A DNA stretch of 64,000 nt, from assembly GCA_031459765.1 (NCBI GenBank), contig JAVKHY010000011.1, forward strand, positions 14,247 to 78,246, written 5' to 3'. Below are positions 58,872 to 64,000 of the stretch, piece after piece (positions within the stretch are counted from its first letter, which is position 1; every line of letters starts with the position of its first letter). The notes under the pieces were generated by a model that was given only the letters and a program-made list of their open reading frames with translations, did no database searches and had not been told where the DNA came from. The translations under genes were made by a program, and so were the position numbers. Origin of the DNA: Candidatus Kaftiobacterium secundum (lineage in GTDB: Bacteria; Sysuimicrobiota; Sysuimicrobiia; Sysuimicrobiales; Kaftiobacteriaceae).

Positions 58872-59710
58872 GATCCCGGGGGATCTGGCGCCTGCTGGCC
58901 GTGGCCGCGCTCCTGGCGCTGGCCGCGCTGTACCTCTTCCCCTACTTCTGGATGGTGCTCACGGCGATCAAGCCGCTGCCGGAGTTCTACCGCTTTCCGG
59001 CCACCATCTTCCCCGAGCACGTCACCTTTCAGCCCTTCGTTTCGGTAATGGTCGCCCGCGGCTACCTGACACTGCTGCGCAACAGCCTGGTGATCTGTCT
59101 CGCCGCCGTGGCCGTCGGGCTGGTGGTCTCCCTGCTCATCGCCTACCCGGTGACCCGCCTGCCGGTGTCGCCGCGCTTCCGGCGCGCGCTGCTGAACTGG
59201 ATCCTCAGCCTGCGGTTCCTGCCGCCCATCGTCGTCGTCATCCCGTTCTTCGATATCGTCCGGCACGCCGGGCTGTACGACAACCCCCTGTCCCTCATGC
59301 TGCTCTACGCGGTGTTCAGCCTGCCCTTTGCCACCTGGATGCTGCGCGGGTTCCTCCTCGAGGTGCCCCTGGAACTCGAGGAGGCGGCGCTGGTGGACGG
59401 GGCGACCCGGCTGCGCGCCTTCTTTACCATTCTCCTCCCCCAACTGGCCCCCGCGCTGCTGGCCACCGCGGTGATCACCTTCGCTCTGAGCTGGAGCGAG
59501 TTCATGTTCGCCTTCATTTTGAGCGCCACGCCGCGCTCGCAGACGTTTCCCATCGGCGTGGCCAGCCTGGTCACCCAGTTCGAGATCATCTGGAACGAGA
59601 TGGCCGCCGTCGGGACCGTCGCTTCCGCGGTCCCGGTCCTGCTGCTCCTGCTGGCCCGGCGTTACGTCCTGACCGCCCTGACCTTCGGGGCGATCCGGGA
59701 GAAGGCATGA
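58868..59710 (+). CDS. ABC sugar permease (MalG/UgpE-like)
   Basis: FPYFWMVLTAIKP N-terminus. EAA loop ALVDGATRLRAFFTI. Confidence 0.8.
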   Translation: MRSRGIWRLLAVAALLALAALYLFPYFWMVLTAIKPLPEFYRFPATIFPEHVTFQPFVSVMVARGYLTLLRNSLVICLAAVAVGLVVSLLIAYPVTRLPVSPRFRRALLNWILSLRFLPPIVVVIPFFDIVRHAGLYDNPLSLMLLYAVFSLPFATWMLRGFLLEVPLELEEAALVDGATRLRAFFTILLPQLAPALLATAVITFALSWSEFMFAFILSATPRSQTFPIGVASLVTQFEIIWNEMAAVGTVASAVPVLLLLLARRYVLTALTFGAIREKA

Positions 59711-60477
59711 ACCTCTGCCTGTGCCTCGATGCGCTGTGCGCGCGGCTGCCGGAGGAGGACGCCCTCCAGGTCGCGCTCCAGGCGGGCCTCCGCCACGTGG
59801 AGTTCTGGGACTGGCGGGGGCGGAATGTGGACGCGCTGGCGGAGCGGCTGCGCACGCTGCGCTGCCGGGCGGTGATCTTCAGCGGCAACACCTTCGACGA
59901 GCCGCTGGTGGACGCCGACGACCATCCGCGGGCGCTGGCCCACTTGGCCCGGTCGATGGAGGTGGCCCGACGACTGGGCGCGGGGCTGCTCGTGGCGCAC
60001 GTCGGATACAGCATGGTCGGCCGTCCCCGGGACGGCCAGTGGGCCGCCGCGGTGCAGGGACTGCGCACGGCGGGGGCGATGGCGGAAGAGGCCGGGGTGG
60101 TCCTCGCCGTCGAACCGCTCAACTCCGTCCTGGACCACCCGGGCTACTTCCTGGACACCCTGCCCGCGGCCCTGCGCCTGCTCGACGAGGTCGGCCGGCC
60201 GTCGGTGCGGCTGCTGCTGGACGTCTACCACATGCGGATGATGCACGAGGACCTGCTGGAACGGCTGCCGGGGGCGCTGCCCTACACCGTGCACATCCAC
60301 CTGGCCGACGTGCCCGGGCGGGGGGAGCCCGGCACGGGAACGATCGACTGGCCGGCCGTGCTGCGGATCCTGGAGCGGTCGGGATACCGGGGGGCGCTGG
60401 GGCTGGAATGCTGGCCCAGCGCCGACCCGGTGTCGGCGGTGCGCCGCGCGGCGGCGGTGCTGGGGGTGAGACGGTGA
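59707..60477 (+). CDS. Xylose-isomerase-like TIM-barrel sugar-phosphate isomerase/epimerase
   Basis: AP-endo2/Hyi-like motifs VEPLN...LDVYHM...HIHLAD. Confidence 0.7.
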   Translation: MNLCLCLDALCARLPEEDALQVALQAGLRHVEFWDWRGRNVDALAERLRTLRCRAVIFSGNTFDEPLVDADDHPRALAHLARSMEVARRLGAGLLVAHVGYSMVGRPRDGQWAAAVQGLRTAGAMAEEAGVVLAVEPLNSVLDHPGYFLDTLPAALRLLDEVGRPSVRLLLDVYHMRMMHEDLLERLPGALPYTVHIHLADVPGRGEPGTGTIDWPAVLRILERSGYRGALGLECWPSADPVSAVRRAAAVLGVRR

Positions 60478-61310
60478 GGCGCTTTGCCCTGAACGGCGCG
60501 ACCACGGGGCCGGCGGACCTGCGCACCGATATCCGGGCCGCCCGCGAAGCCGGGTATCAGGGGCTGGAGATCCGCGACACGAAGCTGCGCGACTACCTCA
60601 AGGCGGGGGGGACGCTGGAGGGCCTCCGCCAGGAACTGCAGGAGGCCGGGCTCGAGGTCTACACCCTGAACGCCCTGGAGCACGCCACCCACGCCAGCGG
60701 GGCGGCCCTGCTGGCCCTGCTGGACCGGGTGAAGACCTTCGGCGAGTGGGCGGCCGCCCTGGGGTGTCCCTACATCGTCGCCGTGCCCAGCTTCACCGCC
60801 GAGGTGGGCGATCCGGCGCGCCTGCGGGAGACCGCGGTGGAGGCGCTGCGGGCCGTCGCCGAGACGGCGCGGCCCTACCGGGTCAAAGTGGGGTTCGAGT
60901 TCCTGGGCTTTCCCGACTGCTCGGTGAATACCCTGGGGCTGGCCCGTGAGATCGTGGACGCCGCGGGCGATCCGGGCCTCGGTCTGGTCATCGACGCCTT
61001 TCATTTCTTCGTCGGCGGCTCGTCCCGGGAGATGCTGGAGGGGCTGGATCCCCGGCGGCTGTTCATCGTGCACCTGGACGACGCCGAGGATCTGCCGCCG
61101 GACCGGCTGACCGACGCCCACCGGCTGCTGCCCGGCGACGGGGTGATCCCGCTGCGGGAGCTGGTGCACCAGATCGAGATGCTGGGCTATGACGGGCCCT
61201 GGTCCATCGAGCTGTTCCGGCCGGAGTACTACGCCTGGGACCCCGTCCACCTGGCCCGGGTGGCCCGGCAGAAGATGGAAGCATTGTTCGAGCGGAGGAG
61301 CGGAAGATGA
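60474..61310 (+). CDS. Xylose-isomerase-like TIM-barrel protein (second paralog)
   Basis: GFEFLGFP...IDAFHFF...VHLDDA. GTGA overlap with the upstream gene. Confidence 0.7.
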   Translation: MRRFALNGATTGPADLRTDIRAAREAGYQGLEIRDTKLRDYLKAGGTLEGLRQELQEAGLEVYTLNALEHATHASGAALLALLDRVKTFGEWAAALGCPYIVAVPSFTAEVGDPARLRETAVEALRAVAETARPYRVKVGFEFLGFPDCSVNTLGLAREIVDAAGDPGLGLVIDAFHFFVGGSSREMLEGLDPRRLFIVHLDDAEDLPPDRLTDAHRLLPGDGVIPLRELVHQIEMLGYDGPWSIELFRPEYYAWDPVHLARVARQKMEALFERRSGR

Positions 61311-62305
61311 GTGTGCGCGTGGGAGTGCTGGGGGCGGGGTTCATCGGGCGCGTCCATGCCCTGAATCTGAAAAAGGACGAGCGGGTCACGCTGGTCGGCG
61401 TGGCCGACGTGGTGCCGGCCGCCGCCGCGCGGCTCGCCGCAGAGGTGGAGACCAGGCCGCTGGATTCGCTGGAAGCCCTCCTGGACGCCGGCGCCAAGGC
61501 GGTGTACGTCGCCACCCCCAACACCATGCACGTGGAACCGGTCCTGCGCTGTCTCGCCGCCGGGGTGCACGTCTTCTCCGAAAAACCCATGGCCACGTCG
61601 CTGGAGGGGGCCTGGCGCATCCGGGAGGCGGCCCGGACCAGCCGGGCCGTCTATCAGATCGGCTTCAACCGGCGCTTCAGCAACGTCTACGCCTTCGCCC
61701 GGCGGCTGATCGCCGACGGCCGCATCACGCCCTACGCGGCGCAGATGAAGCACAACCGGGGCGAGCTGAAACAGCCGCCCTGGACCGGCGATCCCCGGAT
61801 CACCGGCGGGTATCTGTACGAGACGCCGGTGCACCTCTTCGACATGGGGCGGTTCCTTTTCGGCGAGGTGGCGGAGATCCAGGGCTACGCCCGGCAGAGC
61901 GTCTATGAGGAACTGGACGGGTTCGTGATGCTTTTGCGCTTTCGCAACGGCGTGGTCGCCTCCCTGACCAGCGTGGCCCACACCTCCTGGCTGTTTCCCT
62001 ACGAGCGGGTGGAGATCTACGGCGCCCATCAGACGGTGGTGACGGAGGAACTGGAACGGGCCTGGTTCAGCCCCGGGATGCGGGAGCCGGTGGAGGCGCT
62101 GGACTGTTTCCAGATGCCCTTCGAGCAGAAGTGGGGCTACGTCACGGAGGACCGGGTGTTCATCGATGCGGTGCTCGGCGCGCGCCCGCCGGCGGTGACC
62201 GCCGAGGACGGCTACCGGGCCACCGAACTCGTAGAGGCCTGTTACCGGGCGGCGCGGGAGGGCCGACCGGTGACGCTGCCGCTTCCCGAGCCGACGCCGA
62301 CGTGA
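61307..62305 (+). CDS. Gfo/Idh/MocA-family oxidoreductase
   Basis: VGVLGAGFIGRVHALNL Rossmann motif. EKP motif. Confidence 0.8.
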   Translation: MSVRVGVLGAGFIGRVHALNLKKDERVTLVGVADVVPAAAARLAAEVETRPLDSLEALLDAGAKAVYVATPNTMHVEPVLRCLAAGVHVFSEKPMATSLEGAWRIREAARTSRAVYQIGFNRRFSNVYAFARRLIADGRITPYAAQMKHNRGELKQPPWTGDPRITGGYLYETPVHLFDMGRFLFGEVAEIQGYARQSVYEELDGFVMLLRFRNGVVASLTSVAHTSWLFPYERVEIYGAHQTVVTEELERAWFSPGMREPVEALDCFQMPFEQKWGYVTEDRVFIDAVLGARPPAVTAEDGYRATELVEACYRAAREGRPVTLPLPEPTPT

Positions 62306-63138
62306 TGGGGTTCCGACTCCTGGTGGCCGACATCGACGGGACGCTGGTGACCGGAGACCGCCGGATCACCCCGAAGGTCCGGGCCGCCGTGCGCGGGGCT
62401 CAGGAAGCGGGGGTCCGCGTCTGCCTGGCCACGGGGCGGATGTGGCGGTCGGCGGAGCCCTATGTCCTGGCCCTGGGCGCCGATCCGCCGGCGATCCTGT
62501 ACAACGGAGGACTGGTGTACGACTTCCGCACCGGCACCGAGTGGCGCCGGCTGCACCTGGAACAGGCTCACGCCCGCGCCGTGCTGGAGATCCTGCGCCA
62601 CTTCCCCGAGGTGCAGCCGCACCTGTACGTCGGGGACCAGGTGTACACCGGCCGGATGAATGAGATTACCGAGCGCTACCAGCGCAAAGACGGGCTCCAG
62701 GTCACCGCGGTGGGCGACCTCCTGGCCTTCCTGCCCCCGGATCCGATGAAGATCCTGATCATCGGGCCGCGGCCGTCCCTGGAACAGGTCGCCCGGGCCG
62801 TGGCCGCGCTGCCCGCGGCGATCAACACCGTGTTCAGCGAAGACACCTACCTGGAGATCCTGCCCACCGGCAGTTCCAAGGGGGACGCCCTGCGGTTCGT
62901 CGCGGCGCGGTTGGGGGTGCCGCTGGCCGAGACGATCGCCGTGGGGGACAACCTGAACGACCTGGAGATGATCCGCATCGCCGGAGTGGGGGTGGCGATG
63001 GGCAACGCGCCGGCGGAGCTGAAGGCCCACGCCGGCTACATCGCCCCCAGCAACGATGAAGAAGGGCTGGCAGACGTCATCGACCGCTTCGTGCTCGGGG
63101 GGGAGCATGGAGCCACTTCACGCGAAGTCCACCGTTGA
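62306..63138 (+). CDS. Cof-type HAD-IIB phosphatase
   Basis: VADIDGTL motif I. LATGR. GDNLNDLEM motif IV. Confidence 0.75.
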
Positions 63139-63150
63139 GGAGGGGAGAGC

Positions 63151-64000
63151 ATGCGGAGGATATGGATCGCCACTCTAGTCCTGGTCCTGCTGGCCGGGGT
63201 CCTGCCGGGAGTCGGTCCGGTCAGCGCCCAGCAGAACCGGATCGTCGTCTACTCGGCGCTGCCGGATCTGGAGACCTCCCTCATCCACCGGGAGTTCACC
63301 CGGCGCACGGGCATCCAGGTGGAGGCGCTCGTCGTGCCGGCGGCGGGGACGCTCCAGGCGCGGATCCGCACCGAGAAGGACCGGCCCCGGGCCGATGTCT
63401 TCGTCGGCGGCGACCGCTCGCTGCACATCCCCCTGGCCCGGGAGGGGTTGCTCGAGCGGTACCGCTCGCCCGTCGTGCAGCAGGCGGGGATCAGCACGGA
63501 CTTCGTCGACCCCGCAGGCTTCTGGCACGGCTGGTATCTGGGGGCGCTGTCGATCATCATCAACACCGACCGGTTTGAGCGCGACCTGGCCCCGCGCGGG
63601 GTCCGCAAGCCGGCGACCTGGGACGATCTGACCCGCCCCGAGTTCCGCGGGCATTTCGTCATGCCCAGCCCGGTGACGACCGGCGGCGGCTACATCTTCC
63701 TGGCCGCCCAGATCTTCCGGCTGGGCGAAGACCGGGCCTGGGCGTACATGCGCGCGCTGAACGCCAACGCCTCTCAGTACACCCCGACCGCCCCGGGGAC
63801 CATCGCGTTGCTGGAACGGGGCGAGGCCACGGTGGCCATGATGTGGGCCCATGAGGCGATCGGCGCGCGCATCCTGCGCGCCGCGCCCCTGGAGGTGATC
63901 GTGCCGCCCGACACCGGCTTCGAGATCGGGGCGGTCTCGATCATCAAGGGCGGGCCGAACCCTGCAAGTGCCCGGACGTACGTGGACTTCCTCATGACGC
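63151..64000 (+). CDS. ABC transporter substrate-binding protein (family 1, Fe3+/small-solute type), 3' end cut by window edge
   Basis: GAGGAGGGGA SD then ATG. Signal peptide MRRIWIATLVLVLLAGVLPGVGPVSAQ. The frame stays open to the end of the window. Confidence 0.6.
   Translation, partial: MRRIWIATLVLVLLAGVLPGVGPVSAQQNRIVVYSALPDLETSLIHREFTRRTGIQVEALVVPAAGTLQARIRTEKDRPRADVFVGGDRSLHIPLAREGLLERYRSPVVQQAGISTDFVDPAGFWHGWYLGALSIIINTDRFERDLAPRGVRKPATWDDLTRPEFRGHFVMPSPVTTGGGYIFLAAQIFRLGEDRAWAYMRALNANASQYTPTAPGTIALLERGEATVAMMWAHEAIGARILRAAPLEVIVPPDTGFEIGAVSIIKGGPNPASARTYVDFLMT

Overview
High-GC (about 70%) bacterial chromosomal segment, densely coded on both strands. Clearly ordinary stretches: rplM-rpsI with a sigma-70-like promoter and a rho-independent terminator; argF; cdaA-cdaR(ybbR)-glmM, a GT26 glycosyltransferase, a glmS ribozyme and glmS; a Trm112-like gene; acpS; mrp/apbC with its DUF971 partner; an aldehyde dehydrogenase and two zinc-dependent dehydrogenases; and a LacI-regulated sugar ABC / isomerase / Gfo-Idh-MocA / Cof locus at the 3' end. 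The core synteny (cdaA-cdaR-glmM-ribozyme-glmS) is Firmicute-like. The window nevertheless carries an outer-membrane and LPS toolkit: LptD/OstA-like, LptA/OstA-like, LpxB plus an LpxB-related paralog, an MsbA-like exporter, a WaaL-like ligase, a Wzi-like protein, a beta-barrel protein ending in W, and a BepA-like M48 peptidase. I infer a diderm, high-GC Firmicute-like organism (Limnochordia-type). Two large glycan loci are present: a minus-strand lipid A/core operon (18455-25516) and a plus-strand Wzx/Wzy-type O-antigen/EPS cluster (28005-40879). Accessory content is striking. Five toxin-antitoxin modules are present: two RHH-VapC, two Phd-VapC and one MntA-HepT. One Phd-VapC pair is translationally coupled to lpxB. 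An orphan NusG paralog (LoaP/RfaH-like) sits outside the secE-nusG context. A low-GC islet holds a DUF998 gene and a decayed alpha/beta-hydrolase pseudogene. Many long antisense ORFs in the six-frame track are high-GC artefacts and were ignored. I found no CRISPR array, rRNA, tRNA, integrase or transposase.
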